A stretch of 63,998 nt of DNA, filler included, from Streblomastix strix (GCA_008636045.1; 3 parts of 3 records of this genome joined end to end with filler, not necessarily neighbours in it); one strand, 5' to 3'. Positions 23,218 to 37,745 are shown, numbered from the whole stretch's first letter. The notes: generated from the sequence alone by a model not told the origin. Numbers and translations: made by a program.

Positions 23218-24711
23218 TCATTCTTTCCATTTTTCTCCCCATTCAAATTTTCTTGAACCTTTCAATACTTTTGCTGATGATGATTTAATATTCTCGAATC
23301 TGGTTGAAGTGAATGAAGAATTTTCATCTGAAAGGTAAATCTAAATGAAAATAATCATAAAAATAAGAATATAAATAGAGAGAATGAATTAATGAAATAA
23401 AATAGTATGAATAATTTGATATTTAAATAAATTAAATAGAAATAATTTGCATGCGAACAAAGAATCTAATCGAAGAAGGAATATTAATTATTGAATTTGG
23501 CTATTCTTAGTTATCATAAAAGAATGTTAATGTACGTGGTTTAATATTCATGTTTACTTCACAGGAAACAAGTTAATTTTCTTCAATCGGACTGTTTCCA
23601 TGAATATAAGGATCAATATGAAAAATATCCCCACTGCGTAACAATTTGATAGAAGGAAAGAGATGATTTAATTATAGTTATTAAGAATTTTATATTTATT
23701 AATAAATAATATTTTTATATTTATTAATAAATCAAACTCTTTATAATAGCAGATAGTATTTTTTTCATCTGTCAAAGATATCAAATAAATGGAAAATAAA
23801 AAAAAAATAAAAATAAAAAATGAATAATAATAATTTATATTCTTAATGCTTTTAATAATATTTAAAGGATTTTATTCATACTTTCATCTTCAAAAGGACA
23901 TTCACCTGAGTTAAAGACAGCTGAAGAATCAGCAATGCCAATCACTAATCAGAAATATGAATAAATAATATATTAAGAGAATCAAGTTGACGAAAATAAA
24001 AGATAATGAAAAATTAATCTAAATAAAATAATATTATTTTATTCTCTATTATTCAAATAGATATACTGAAATTCCCATCTGTATGTTTCTCAAAGAATCC
24101 TTCAAATATGACAATCCCACTTGAAACAACAGGATTGAATGCTATTGTTGATCTACCCCAATTGTTGGAATGGATTATTTTATTTCCTTCTTAATAAGCA
24201 TGCTCTCTATCAGGAATTATAGATTTAAAGATATTTTGGTTAAGAGAAGGAGGAACTGAAATATATTCAATAGAGAAAATAAAGAATGAAATAAGGAGAA
24301 AGTATGATTAAATAACTTTTATTAACAATTATTATCCAATAATATTAATTTTATAATTTCAAATAAAAAACCTGATTGTTTAATTATTTGACGTTTATAT
24401 TTAAATGATTGCTATTCTTTTGGTTCAAAATTTTGAACATTCATGTTTTATTTTATTTATACATTATGAATCTTATCAGGTTATTCAAATGGTAAATTTG
24501 AAAATTAATTGAAATTGCTTGAATCAATTTAAATATTTGGAGGAATTGAAATATTTTATTGAATATGTTGAGAAAAAGTTTGCGAGGTCATTAATTCAGA
24601 TGTTGAATTGAATTGTGTTAGTTGAATTTCTTTATTACTCCCACTATTATTTTTTTCTTCGATTTGTTTATCAAGTTCTTTTTATGATTTTCTTGCCATT
24701 CTGATAAGAAA
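23218..24711 (-). CDS. SPRY/B30.2-like domain protein (multi-exon; 5' end uncertain)
   Basis: STIAFNPVVSSGIVIFEGFF, IGIADSSAVF, GDIFHI...CEVNMNIKPRTLTFFYDNQEQ...IPSSIRFF, ...EWGEKWKE-TGA. Same family and similar intron layout as the gene at 1-8985. Confidence 0.75.
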
Positions 24712-25656
24712 CTGATAAATAAATATAATAAGATGATAATAATTATAAATATTGTTATTAATTATGATTTTATTATGATGAAAGATGAATAAACAAAATA
24801 ATAACGAGATTTTCTATTTGAAATTAAATTTTGAAGCTGTTCCTATTATTATATAAAGATATAAACTTATTCAATTTCTATTTTTTGTATTGTTATGCAG
24901 TAATAATATTATTGAGAATTATATTTTATATAAAATTAATCTAGTTAGAAGATATTTTGCTGTTTTTTTCTTGTGAAATAAAAATTTGCAAAAACTCAAT
25001 AATATGATTAAAAATTTCATATTTGAGTGATATATTATATCAAAAAAGTACCATTTATTAATATAAGATACAAAAATTTATGTTATAATTAATATGCGAG
25101 CATAGCAATCGTTTTTTATTTCGATGAATAAAACCATTAAGTGTTGAGTTTAAATCATAAAATTGTATAATAATTGACTGTATATGATATATAATATTTT
25201 AAATTCAAATTTTATTTATTAATTAACAATATTGTACGGTTGTTGGTGAGAAAATCTTGTTTCCAAAAAATTGATATTTTCTTCCACCATCCATGTAGAA
25301 AATATCAATATTTTGCTTTAATTATTACATTTTTGTACTTGAATACATATTAATCATTTAATATTATTTAAAATTCAATTTAATCACTTTAAATTCTAAT
25401 AAAATTATTTTTGTTAAAATCTGTGTTTATACAATGAACTAAAGAAATTATTCTTTAACGTTATTAATTTATTACTCAAATTAATTTTTATTTAATTATT
25501 TTTATTTACTAACTAAAAATATACATCAACAAACCATTAAATACTTATCAAAATAAAAAATGAAAAAAACAGTCTATAGATCTAAAAAATTTCATTAATT
25601 AAAAATATTATCCTAAAATTTCTACAAATAGTTTATTTTTTATTTTTTGTAGAAAT

Positions 25657-28600
25657 ATGGAGAGTTAATAAAGTCTTTCAACAGCAGATTGTATGTCTGA
25701 TTTCTTTTTTCTTAGAAAATATTTATTTATTTGTTTTTGAAAGTCTCTGATGAGTAAAATATTGGTGGCGGAGGTTAAGGGACCACATTTCTGGCAACAT
25801 TAAAAAAGATTGGATAATAAATTGTATACAAAAAGATCATTATTGAATCTTAAACAAAGAGAGATTATGCCGAACGAGAATTTTAAGTTCATTAAAGTCT
25901 TTCATTCAGATTTATTACCAGGTTAATTTTTTTTATAATTTTTAAAATTGATATTTTCTATTCTATCATTTTTTTGTTTAGATTCATTAATTCTTTCACA
26001 GAGAAAAATTATTTTTACATAGTTATGGAGTATTGTTAAGGGGGGTCTCTACAATAATTGATATAATCATTAAAGAATAATCATTAGTATATAAATGAGA
26101 ATGTATGAGATTAGAATTATTTTAATAAATATGTATTTTATTTTTTTTAGTTTGCATGGGACATTTTGGCTCAACTTTCAATGGCTGTTAATTATCTTCA
26201 TTCTTTGAGAATCGTTCACAAAGACTTGAAACCATCCAATGTTTTTCTTACTAAAAACAATGAAGGTCGTCTTACTGAAAACAATGAAAAACATCTTTCC
26301 AAAAACATTGAAATTCGTCTCGGTATGAATTTCTGGAGTAATTATTTTGTACATTTAATTATTATTTATTTTAACAATGAAGGTGATTTTGGCTTCTCAA
26401 AATTTCTGAATGCAACTTTAAGTTTTACCAAATCAGAGTCATGTACTCCGTATATAATATTATTAATACATCATTTATACATTCATATAAATATATAAAT
26501 TATTCATTCATTTTAAATATATTAATTATTCATTCATTTTAAATATATAAATTATTCATTCATTTTAAATATATTAATTATTCATTCATTTTAAATATAT
26601 TAATTATTCATTCATTTTAATTATATTAATTATTCATTCCCTTATCTTAATATACCTTTAGATAATACGTATCACCAGAATTACTCATAGAGAAGAAGTT
26701 CAGGATGAGTAGTGATGTCTGGGGGATTGGAGCTACAATATTTACTTTGATTAATCGAAGACCGCCATTTAGTGTATGGGGAAAATAATCAAACTTATAT
26801 TTTATAGTGTTATTTATGAATATGCCATATTATTAATTTATATTATATTTACTTGTTTGTTTGTTAATATATAAAGGGAACTTGCGACGAATTATAATAT
26901 AATATAATAGCAGAAGAGTTAGAATTATATTTTTTTGAAATATATAATTTAAATATAAAAATCTATATTTCTTTTTTTAATATAAATATGTAATGCTCTT
27001 ATGTATAATTTATTATAAGGAAATTTCCAGATCCAATTATTGATATATATTCCTAGCGTTTGCGAGATACAGTTATGGCAATGTTAATTAAGGTAATGAG
27101 TACATAATTTATTTATAAAAATTAATTAACTTTTGAATATTTTTACAAATTCAATCGAAACGAACAATATGATTTTATAGAATCGAAAGAAGCGCATCAC
27201 AATGAATATTTTAGTGACAATACCCGAAATCAGAGAACGTATTGACAAATATGCCGGAGTTTGCAAATTATTCATAATTGCATTATTATGTTTATTCATT
27301 ATCTTTCTCTGCATATTATAATATAGGAGATGCTTGAAACATCTGAAGGATACTTAAAAGGATATTTAGAGAGACTCATAAATAACGTTGGTATTATATC
27401 TAATTATAATTTAATAAAAAAATTATTTAAATGTTATTATTTATATATATTATTTTAGATACTGCGCCTGCTTCTTTACCTAAAAACGGATTGATTAAAT
27501 CCAACATTTTATCAATAGATCAATAATAAATAGGTTATTAAAATTAAAATTAATTGTAACTTGTAGCTAAACATATTTTATTTTATTTATTATAATTATA
27601 TTCAGATCCCGACAATGTGAGATTTGAAATTAAAGATGATCAGATTGCTGAATAATATCCAGGTTTAAATATAAATATTTATTATTAATGTTTTAAATTC
27701 CTAATATTTTTAATATTAATTATTTTTTCTTTTATTATTTAAATTAACAATTAAATAGGAGCTCCAGGTCAGAGTATTGTAAAACTAATTCAGGTATATT
27801 ATTAATTATTAATAATTAATTAAATTGATAAAAGTTAATAATTATTTTTTTATTATATATTTTTTTATTATCAAGTTGAAATAGAAACTGAACAATATAA
27901 TAACCATTTCACCAGTAATCAATAAAGGAGATGGAGTAGTTCGTATTCAACTGAAATTCAATGACAATGGATCTTAAGACATGAATGATAGATGTATATA
28001 GAATTTTTAAATAATAATAATCGAATAATTTATTTGTATTTTATTTGTTATTCTAATGTATTTATTTAGGTTTTGGTATTATTGATGCTTCTTATTCTAT
28101 TCCTGATAAATTTTAATTGGGTTTTAATAAAGGTATTAATTTATTATACAATTTAATTTAATATTTGAATAAACACTTTCTAAAATTATTTTTTCTCTAA
28201 TTAATAATTTCATTGAATTTAATTTTTTGATTTATTTGGATATTAGAAAGTGCATTGTATCGTGGAAAAGAGTTTGATTAGAATAATTTTTAAATTATTT
28301 TCTTTATATAATAATTTGTTATATTGTAATTAACATTTATTTTAGAATCATTGATAAATATAGTGGTAAAGTATTCCACATGAATTCTGAATCAGGAAAT
28401 TAAGTTTTTGAAACGAGTGATAAATTTAAGAATGATGACATTATAACAGCAGAAGTGAACATGCATCTTGAGAAAGAAGAAAGAACGCTTCATTTCTTCG
28501 TGAACAATCAATGGCAGAACTGTTCATTCTAAAATCTTCCAGATAGCATCAAATTCTGTGTATGACATTACTTGAACAATAGAATAGGGTTTTTGTAATT

Positions 28601-28746
28601 TCACTATCTTTATATTTTTATTTGATTTATTAAATCAGGTACAACTATCATACGCTAATACTTCAGTTTCAATACTTTCAATGGAAAAACTTCCAAATCC
28701 CACCGAGAATAAAAATATAAAAAGTATTTGTGAGATTATCTGGTGA
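25657..28746 (+). CDS. NEK-like Ser/Thr kinase with C-terminal SPRY-like domain
   Basis: IGGGGQGTTF, VYKK, IVMEYCQGGSL, YLHSLRIVHKDLKPSNVFL, GDFGFSK, YVSPE, SDVWGIG; then AEVNMHLEKEERTLHFFVNNQWQ...LPDSIKFC. GT-AG introns. Confidence 0.88.
26489..26639. repeat. Intronic 26-bp tandem repeat, about 5.8 copies
   Basis: Unit aaatatat(a/t)aattattcattcatttt. Confidence 0.9.
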
Positions 28747-28943
28747 AAGTAAAAAGTGATATCTTAGAGTATATTCAATGCAGTATATGGACTAAAGAGG
28801 ATTAAAAGAATTAATTTCTATACTCAATAAACAAAATTCAAACATAATCATAAAAAAATTTAGTATTATTTATCATTTTTATTAAAATACGATCAGTCAT
28901 TAATCCTTCAAACCAAGACTTCCTTTACCAAGTTTTATTGATC

Positions 28944-31900
28944 TCACTTAGGCTGAACTGGAGCGGAAGATGGAGAAGAGGCTTCAGCTTTTTGAATGAT
29001 CGCTTTAAGTATTGCATAAATAAGATTAAATTTTTCAGGTTGACTTTTGGCATTATTATATTAATCTTTTTTATCATGGCAGAATTATAAGATCCAATTT
29101 ATATCATCATCTGTGAATATTTCTCCTCTATTTTATTTTTCAAGCAGATAATTGGCATAACCTTTCACTTCTGCAACAGTATGAATACCAAAATTTATAT
29201 TCACTTGGAAAGAAGATGGAACTGGTAACATTCCTTATTATTATTGTGGATTTATATTTGGATTTGGAATCGTATTTGGGAGAGGAGGAGATTTTATATA
29301 AGTTTTTGGCTGTTATTGAACTTGTATGTTGGTTTAAGAAGTTGGTTGTGGTGGAACTTAATATGATTGAGGTTGATTTTGTAGAACTTATTATAGTTGA
29401 GGAGGATTTGAAGGAGATAATTGAGGTTGATTTGTTGGAGGAAATTGAGGTTGATTTTATTGATGTGGATTTGATTGAACTGATTCTATTTATTGCTGAG
29501 CAGAAATTGTAGGTGGAGAAACTTCAGCTTGTTGAATGATTGTATTGAGTAAAACTCGTAGAAGAATAGATTTATCAGTCTGATTCTTTAAGTTGAATTC
29601 AGCTGTTTTGTCTTGATAAAATTAGAAGATCCAATCAATATGTCTTTGTTCAAATATTTCATTTCTATCCAATTTCCCAAGAAGATGACCAGCATAATCC
29701 TTCGGTTATACTATATTTTGATTAGCAGCATTTAAATTTACACGATTTGATTATATTGAAGCTTATTGTTGTTGTTGATTCAAATTTGGATTACCTGCAT
29801 TTAAATTTACACGATTTGATTATATTGAAGCTTATTGTTGTTGTTGATTCAAATTTGGATTATCTGCATTTATATTCACACGATTTGATTATAATTAAGC
29901 TTATTGTTGTTGTTGATTCAAATTTGGATTACCTGCATTTATATTCACACGAGTTGATTATATTGAAGCTTATTATTGTTGTTGATTCAAATTTGGATTT
30001 TGAGGAATATTTGTACCTGGTTATTATTGAATTTGAGGTGGGACTTAAGTTGTGGGTTTTGGTAGAATCTATTACGATTGAGGTTGAATTGATTGAGCTG
30101 ATACTATTTATTGTTGAATTGGAGTTGCTGATGGGGAAATTTCAGCATTTTTGATTGTATTGAGTAAAACTCTCAAAAATATAGGTTAATCAATTTGATT
30201 CTTTTGGTTGTATTCAACCATTATATCCGGGAAAATTAGTGATATCCAATCAAAATGTTTTTGTTCAAATTTTTCATTTTTATCTAGTTTTTCAAGAAGA
30301 TGGCAAGCATACGATTGTTGGAATTGGTTGATAATTATTTTTGGAGGAGCATTTGTACTTGGTTATTATTGAGGTTGTGGTGGGACCTGAGTTGTGGGTT
30401 TTGGTGGAACTTGGACTTAATTTACTGTCTTCAATTATTAATCTCTCTCTATTACAGGATCTGGTTATTAGTTGATTTCTGTTAAATTAGAGAAGTTGAA
30501 AACTCCTTATTGATTTCTTGGATATTTATTCTGTGGAGTTTATTATTATTAAATATTTTGAGGAATCAATTCAAGTTCAAATGCCCAATCATCAATTGGT
30601 TGAATTCTCTCATATATAATCATACATGCTGTGTTATCTCTTTTCAACATTTCCTTCATCAATTCTCTTCCAGCTGAATGCTGCATTCTCAAATTCGCTC
30701 TCAAATCTGGATTCAAAGATTCTATTGGTCGACTTCCACCAAAACATTCTTCTTCCATCATTTAATATTGACTGTCAAATGATGTAATCAATTCTTATAC
30801 ATTTGATTATTAGGAAGAAGATGATGAACCTCTTTGTTTTTTTATTTCATCTCTGAATGCAATATATTAAGTTCTTTCATCATTAAACTTGATCCAACGA
30901 AAAGGTGGACTTCTCTCTCTAACATATGAATAATAGTGTCCTCCAGTTGCATTTCCTGAATGAACTACAACTCCAACAAGTCTGAATTTGTAATATTATT
31001 CTCCTCTTCCTATATTATCATATGAAGTTGTTTTAGTTGGATAACTTCTAATATCATTATCTTTTTATTCATCAGCTTTATAATCATTAATCTTCTTCTT
31101 TATTAATTAATATCTTTCTTAATTGTCTTTAACTGATGCTTCATTCTTTAAAACAGCTTCTCTTGTAAATGGTGTTAAATCTAAAATGTCATCAAGTTGA
31201 TCTTCTTCATTTTAATTTTTCCCTTTTTATTCAGTTCTATTCTTCTAATTAAATCCAAATGGGAATGTAAATCTAGATTTATCTTTAACAGCTTTTTGTT
31301 GTTTTATATCATAATCAACTCTTGCAATATTGAATATAATTGTATTTGGAAGAGTCTGCAATAATGTACGTTTAATCAATGCATTATTTCCTAATCCCTT
31401 TTCTTGACATTCTGAGCAATTTAATCCTTATGCAAATTATCCTCTGTTTAATCTACCCAATGATGCATATAGACTTGAAACTCCAGACATTTGAATAGTT
31501 ATAATCTTCTATCTTTGTGCATTATTTGCTAAATGACCATTTACACATATTTATTATTCACTTAAGAAGCAACGGAAATATCTTCTAACGAAATTATGCA
31601 TCTCCAAACAATCAAGGTGAATTTCAAGGTGATCAAATAGTGATGTCAGAAATAGATTCACATCTTATTGTTCATTTTCATTGATTCTCATTCCAGAAAC
31701 ATCTCGATATTTATCTAAGAATCCATTAAGTGTTGGAACTTAATTTACTTATCTTGATATTCCATTTGTATTGGGTCCATTTTGTAATTCAATAAATAGT
31801 TTTTATAATTCTTCAAATGTTCCTTAATTTGTTGTTCTTAAATTAACATCTCGAAGTGCATCTGCTTTTGCTCTTTTAAATTATTCAACTTCCAATTTTT

Positions 31901-34900
31901 CTTCTGGTAATTATATTCTTTCTCTAGTTGGATTAGTTGATGGTCTTTGAGGTCTAATTGAAGGTTGAACATCTGTTGTTGTTTGTGGTTACTTTTATGA
32001 TCCCCAGAATTTTCCATCCCAACTCAACATACTATCTCTGAATTATCTGTGCATAAATAGTTGTTATAATGTACTTATTATATAGCACATGAATTTGGGA
32101 TTATATATTCCTAAATATGGAGTTGGATTTATATTTATATTTGGAGGAGGAGGAGAATTGATTTTTTCTTTTGGTTTTGGTTGAGGCAGATGTTAAGATT
32201 TAGACGGATTTGATACATATTCACTAAGTCCAAGAAGAACATTGGAAGATTCATTAATAAGTTATCCAAGGTCGGTGTATTTACTATTAGTAAACATTAA
32301 TTCTGTTAATTATTAAACATATTGTTTCTAATCTGAGCTTATAACTTGAACGAAATCTTGGTGATTTCCAAATATTGATTAAATTAAGCAAATTCTTATT
32401 AAAAGTTATTTAAAGCATTCTTTCTTTTGATCTTCTGGATCATGTCTTTGTTCAATTTGATGATATTTTTTTAAAAGAGCCAAAATTAATGCCCAGAGTG
32501 TTTTCATAGATTTTGATTCTGCTTAATATATGTCAAGGCACTAAATATTCCATGTTTCATTGCTTTTTAACAATTAGACAATTAATTCAGGTTATTTAAT
32601 TAATGCATGAAATAGAAAAGTAGGATAGAAGTATGTTGATGGTTAATATCCAACAGTAGATAATGTAAAACTTAGTAGATCTTATGAATTTCTAATAATC
32701 CCAGCAATTTAATTAATCTAAGCAATTTTTTCTGAATTAATTTGTTGTTTTATATCATTAATGGATAAAAAACTAAGAAGTGGAATATCAATCCCAATAT
32801 ATTAAAAGTTGGACATTTCTGATTTGCTGAATATATCTAACGTATGAGCAAAGAATTCAGGAAGAATAACATTAATTTAAAGTGGAGCAGGAAGATCTGA
32901 ATAACGAGCTAAGAAGAAGAGAATCATTTCAAGAAGACTTGAAACACGATGACGATGAACAGCTACTCCCTTATTAGGAAATATTAATGTATTTGGAATT
33001 CTGGTAGTGTTGGAAATACGATAATAAATATCATTACTCATTAATTATTTATCATTAAGAGTTTCCAAAAGATCTTTCTATTCCCTTGATTTGCTTCGCT
33101 ATTTCAAAGCTGCATCAGCATCTTTCAAGATTTATGCATTTTATTCAAGACATAAGAGATTGAATTCAATAAACCCTTATCCGAATATTCTTATTATTTC
33201 TTCATTATCGTTATCAGATCCTTTTGCAGCTTATTTTTGTTATTGTTAAATTGAAGGAGAAAGAGAAAATTTTGTATCGATTTGACTTTTTGAATTAGAA
33301 GTGCTATAAAATGCATTAATTGATTTCAGAAGATCTTAAATTAATAGAATTAAATCAATTGTTGAAAATTATATATTCTTTAATATGATACAAGAGAGAT
33401 GTAAACTGAAAGCTCTGATCTTTAAGGTATGTTTTGGCGTTGTGAGGAGAAGTGTTGTCCTGAATAGAATGTTTATTAAATTATTATATTTTTTCTCATT
33501 CAATTTTTTCTCTTTTTATTTATTAAGATATTCAATACAAGAAACAATGAAGAAGTTAAATGTTAAGAAAGTTGATTCAAGAATTGCGTCTCCATTTTTC
33601 TGTCTGTTCATATAATCATTATCGGTTATTAAGAATTTAGTAAAGAGGTCAAGAACAATATTCAATAGCACATCATTTGTGAGGATAAGTTGAATAATAT
33701 TAAGATGTTGAGGAGTTATTTACTTCATAATTTCTTCATTTGTATCTTAATTGAGTTAAGGGCGATTTTTATCATAGGTTTATAACATAAACTAATTAAA
33801 TGGTTTTGTGAAGAGAATTACAGTTCCATTCAAAGAAGGAATTACACTATCATTCTAATCATTGTTTGGGTTCTAAGAAGATCTTTTCTCTATAATGAAG
33901 GGTTGTGAAGGAATGAAAAGTTCCTCTAATATTCTCATTGCAGGAATCTCAAAACTTTTTATTAATGGTTTAAATTTATTATCTTATTCAAATGCACTTT
34001 TGAAGATTAATTGGAGAAATTCTTCATTATTTGTGGCAAAACTGAAAGAAATAATATGTTTGATTTGAAGAAGAGCGATATGTGCTGAAACAGGAAGTTT
34101 TGATGATATCATTAATTTTTAAATTAATAATTCAACTAATTTCAGCATCGATTATTAATGAATCATTTCTACATTTTCAATACTGCAGATAAATATGATT
34201 GAAAGGAGTTATGAGATAAGGACATCTTCATTAGCAGCATTATCTTTATTTATTTCATCAGGTTTGATGTTTAAGAAAAATTATATTTTACTGATTATAT
34301 AATCAATTAAATTAAATTTTTCTTCCTTCTTAACAATGAATGGTAAATTGATTAATGTTAGATCTTTAGAGATTGTTTTTGCTATTTCTGAGTTTGTATG
34401 TGCCATTGTTAGAATTAATCTTGAAACAGCTAATGCATTTGAATTATATTCAATTGGACTTAATTTCTTAGTTTCATTTTGTTTAATTTTATCTTTTTGA
34501 AGATATAAAAGGAGTAATTTGATTAAATTAGTTATGAATATTGAGAGTGATTATTCTTTTGTTTGAATTTGATTAATATCAAAGAATAAAGGAACTCCAA
34601 TTCTTCCTTCTTTTTCTGATCCAAATATACATCTTTCTCTTTCATCAACTTAATCTTATTATTATTCTCTTTATATTATTGTATCTTTGAATGCTGATTA
34701 AGGATTATGTTATAGAAGGAATGCAAATAAGGAAAAGAGCGAATCTAATTATTTTCCTTAATTTGTTGGATCGATTTTTTATTTTCCCTTTTATGCTTCT
34801 TCTACAGATCTAAATATATTATCAATCTGTGATGAAATATATTATTGACAAGAAAGAAGAAATGTTATTCTTCTCGTTTCATTAAATTCATTAGATTAAT

Positions 34901-35639
34901 TCTCGGTTTATTGTATTTATCCAATTGGTTAAGAAGATAATTATGAGAATGGAGAAAGAACAGGAGAATCAGGAATTGAACAGAATGGAGATGAATAAGT
35001 GAAATATAATTCAGATTATTAATTAATTTGTGTTTGTTGTCCATCTTTCCAGAAATTTTATAAAACTTCTGATAAACTGGTTACTGTTTGTAGCGCAACT
35101 TATTCTTTTTCTCCTTTTCTCAATGCAGCAGCACGAATAACTTAAGCAACTGATTCACGAAGATCTCGAGTTGGAAGTGTTGTAAGAAGATCAAAGATTT
35201 TATCAGTTAACATTTGTATTTCTTTTAAAATTGAATTTGGTGACTTACATCCACATATTAGATTAGCAATTGATGGATGAATAAGAGCGCATGCTTTAAG
35301 TTGATTCAGGATGATTAATGAATATTATTGGGCAGTAGATTTTTGAGTTTAGAATCGTGCTTCTATTGTTCCAAGAAGTTCTGATAATATGTTTGCAATA
35401 TTTGATTCTTATTATTGGGATTGTTTTTATTTCTGTTCTAATTCCAAAGTAACAATAACATCTAACAGTTCACCAACTTATTATTAAGTTTCAACAGGAT
35501 TTTTCATAATCCATATTTTATTGGTTAATTCGCTAATCATTTTAATTTTATCGATTTTCAAATATTTTCCATTTTGAGGAAAATTATCGATAAATCCCTA
35601 TTCCTGATCAACGCTCACACCTGGTTTTGCATGTGTCAT
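28944..35639 (-). CDS. Large ubiquitin-specific protease (peptidase C19, USP9/24/34-like layout), apparently intronless
   Basis: Cys box [46 protein letters not shown]; His box [22 protein letters not shown]...[15 protein letters not shown]. The 6696-nt ATG-to-TGA span is a multiple of 3, but not every codon was checked. Start uncertain. Confidence 0.9.
29728..29999. repeat. 69-bp coding tandem repeat x4 (23 aa) in the USP tail
   Basis: Copies start at 29728, 29797, 29866 and 29935 and encode [18 protein letters not shown](L/I)NAG on the minus strand. Confidence 0.92.
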
Positions 35640-36782
35640 TGGAAATTAAATGTCTAGATTATAGCAATAGATTGGAAATTTAGAATAATTTGTTCAAAAA
35701 AATATTATTAAAAAGTAAAATTGGTATAAATCAGCTGAAATAGTAAACATAATGTCTTGCAAATATATTTAATGTATAATTAAACTGTTAATTATTATGA
35801 AATAAGACATAAAAATTACTGAAATAACTTAGTATGGCGATTTTTATTCATTTTGCTTAGTTTTCAAATGGTTTATAAATGATGTATTTCAACTGCATTT
35901 AGGTAATCATATGTTAATACAAAAATAATAAGTAAAAATAAATCAAAAAATTCTGGCTGAGCGCCCTTGAACATGCGATAAATGAATTTTATTGCGAATT
36001 AACTTTCAACTAATAATGCGAAGGATTGAACCATAAATATATTAAACAATTTTGAAAAATGAGTACATTAATAATATATATGCAATTTTAAATGGAAGAA
36101 TTAGTTGATATTAATGGCTATAGAGCAAAAAGCATAAATTAACAAAAATTATATTTATATGATTAGATATTAGATTAAATATATATTATTTAAATATAAG
36201 ATGAATTTATTTGTTCAGGGAATATATCTAGCCGAAAATTACAAACTGAGCGACGAGAAAATCAAAATCCAAAATCTGAAATTTTCATCTTCAGCCACTC
36301 TGAATTTTCCAGCTTGACAGTAGAAAAATTGATAAAAAATATATATTAGTCTTTATTTATAGTTTATTACATTATCTTACCATCGATTTATTAAAATTAA
36401 TTTTATATTTGCCGTAACTGCTAATAAAAGTGAAATATATTTTTAATAAATATTTATTTTTAATGTCTCTTTAAATTTTATCAAAATTTGATAATTTTTG
36501 TTGTTAAATTTATTGTATGAGTAAATAATTTTGAGTTTTTATAAATACCAGAATTTTACACTGCATAATTTATTTCTACGTATCATTATTATAGTATTAA
36601 TTTGAAAATAATAATATAATTGTAAATTAATTGATCAAAGTTTAATTTATCCCCAAGACTATTCGTTTTAATTTAATTGAAATTTTTAAATAAATATCTA
36701 CATAGAGCTATAGATCTTAATGCATTTTTATATATTATGTTTTTTATTTCTCAAAAACTTCTATCAAAATTCCAGAATAACA

Positions 36783-37601
36783 ATGATCAAAGAAGAAAAC
36801 GGTGAGGTTGTGGCAGAGGAAGAGAAATGGAAGATGGAGAGTGAAACTACAGAAAGAGAATTAGTAGTAACGCGTGCAGGTGAGTGGTATACGGTTACTG
36901 GGTCTAAATTTCACCTATAAGATTTTCGTTTCAAGGAGCAAGATGGCCACATAATTGTACAGCCGTTTATAAACTTGAAGCTGAGCAAAAACTACTACTA
37001 CTTCGCGAACAAGCGTCTGTTCAAAATTAATTACAACAGCGTGTCGGGCTACCCAAAGGGGAAGCTTGCCTCTACCAGATATTTTTGTATACCCAGCATC
37101 GTTCAGCAATTGAACCCTGAGATGTGGGAACGTGTAAAAGCTGATTTCATTGGATAATTTGATGAGGATGAAAAGGAAGCCGAAGTTTAAAGTGGTAATT
37201 ATAGAGAAATGGAATTTGATAATCCTTCAAAAACAGAAACAACACCACACAAATAAATAAGGAAATAATCCACTTCAGATTAATATCTGGAATCACCTGA
37301 ATAAGGATGGATTGAAAGCGATGATGAAAAATATACTTTAAAAGAAACTAAGCAAAAGACATCAGTTTCAAAGAAAAGTGTTTTTGAAAGGCCCGAATCT
37401 CCAGAAACTCAACAATCATCACAAGAAACACATCGTGGGCGCCCAAAGAAATCGAAAACTGCAACTTCAGCAACAATTCAACAAGTACCACCAGAATTAA
37501 CACAAGTAATGTTAGCGCTTTTGAACAAGATGGACGAAATGTAGAGTACCCTTAAGGAGATGAATAGCAGCATTAAGGATATTAAGATAAATAATAAATG
37601 A
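36783..37601 (+). CDS. Hypothetical 272-aa protein with an AT-hook and C-terminal coiled coil
   Basis: Single open frame with TAR=Gln that joins track ORFs 36720 and 36975. Contains HRGRPKK and a terminal LLNKMDEMQSTLKEMNSSIKDI heptad pattern. Confidence 0.75.
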
Positions 37602-37745
37602 AAACAAAATGAATGGGTCTGAAATCGCGGTTGTATAGTTGCTCAGTTTGTTTATTATTTTAATAAAAATATTCAGTTTGAAACTGTGATTGTAATTTGA
37701 CTCATTGATTTATGACTCTTTATGTTGTTGAAAAATGGAGCATTT

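Noticed and set aside
26489..26639. Regular repeats resembling a CRISPR array (also 29728-29999)
   Set aside because: Head-to-tail units with no unique spacers, lying in an intron or coding tail of a eukaryotic gene; no cas genes.
29216..30485. Hydrophobic, repetitive plus-strand ORFs in the track (also 38508, 39388, 41623, 42609)
   Set aside because: They are antisense shadows of Q/N/K/E-rich minus-strand genes.
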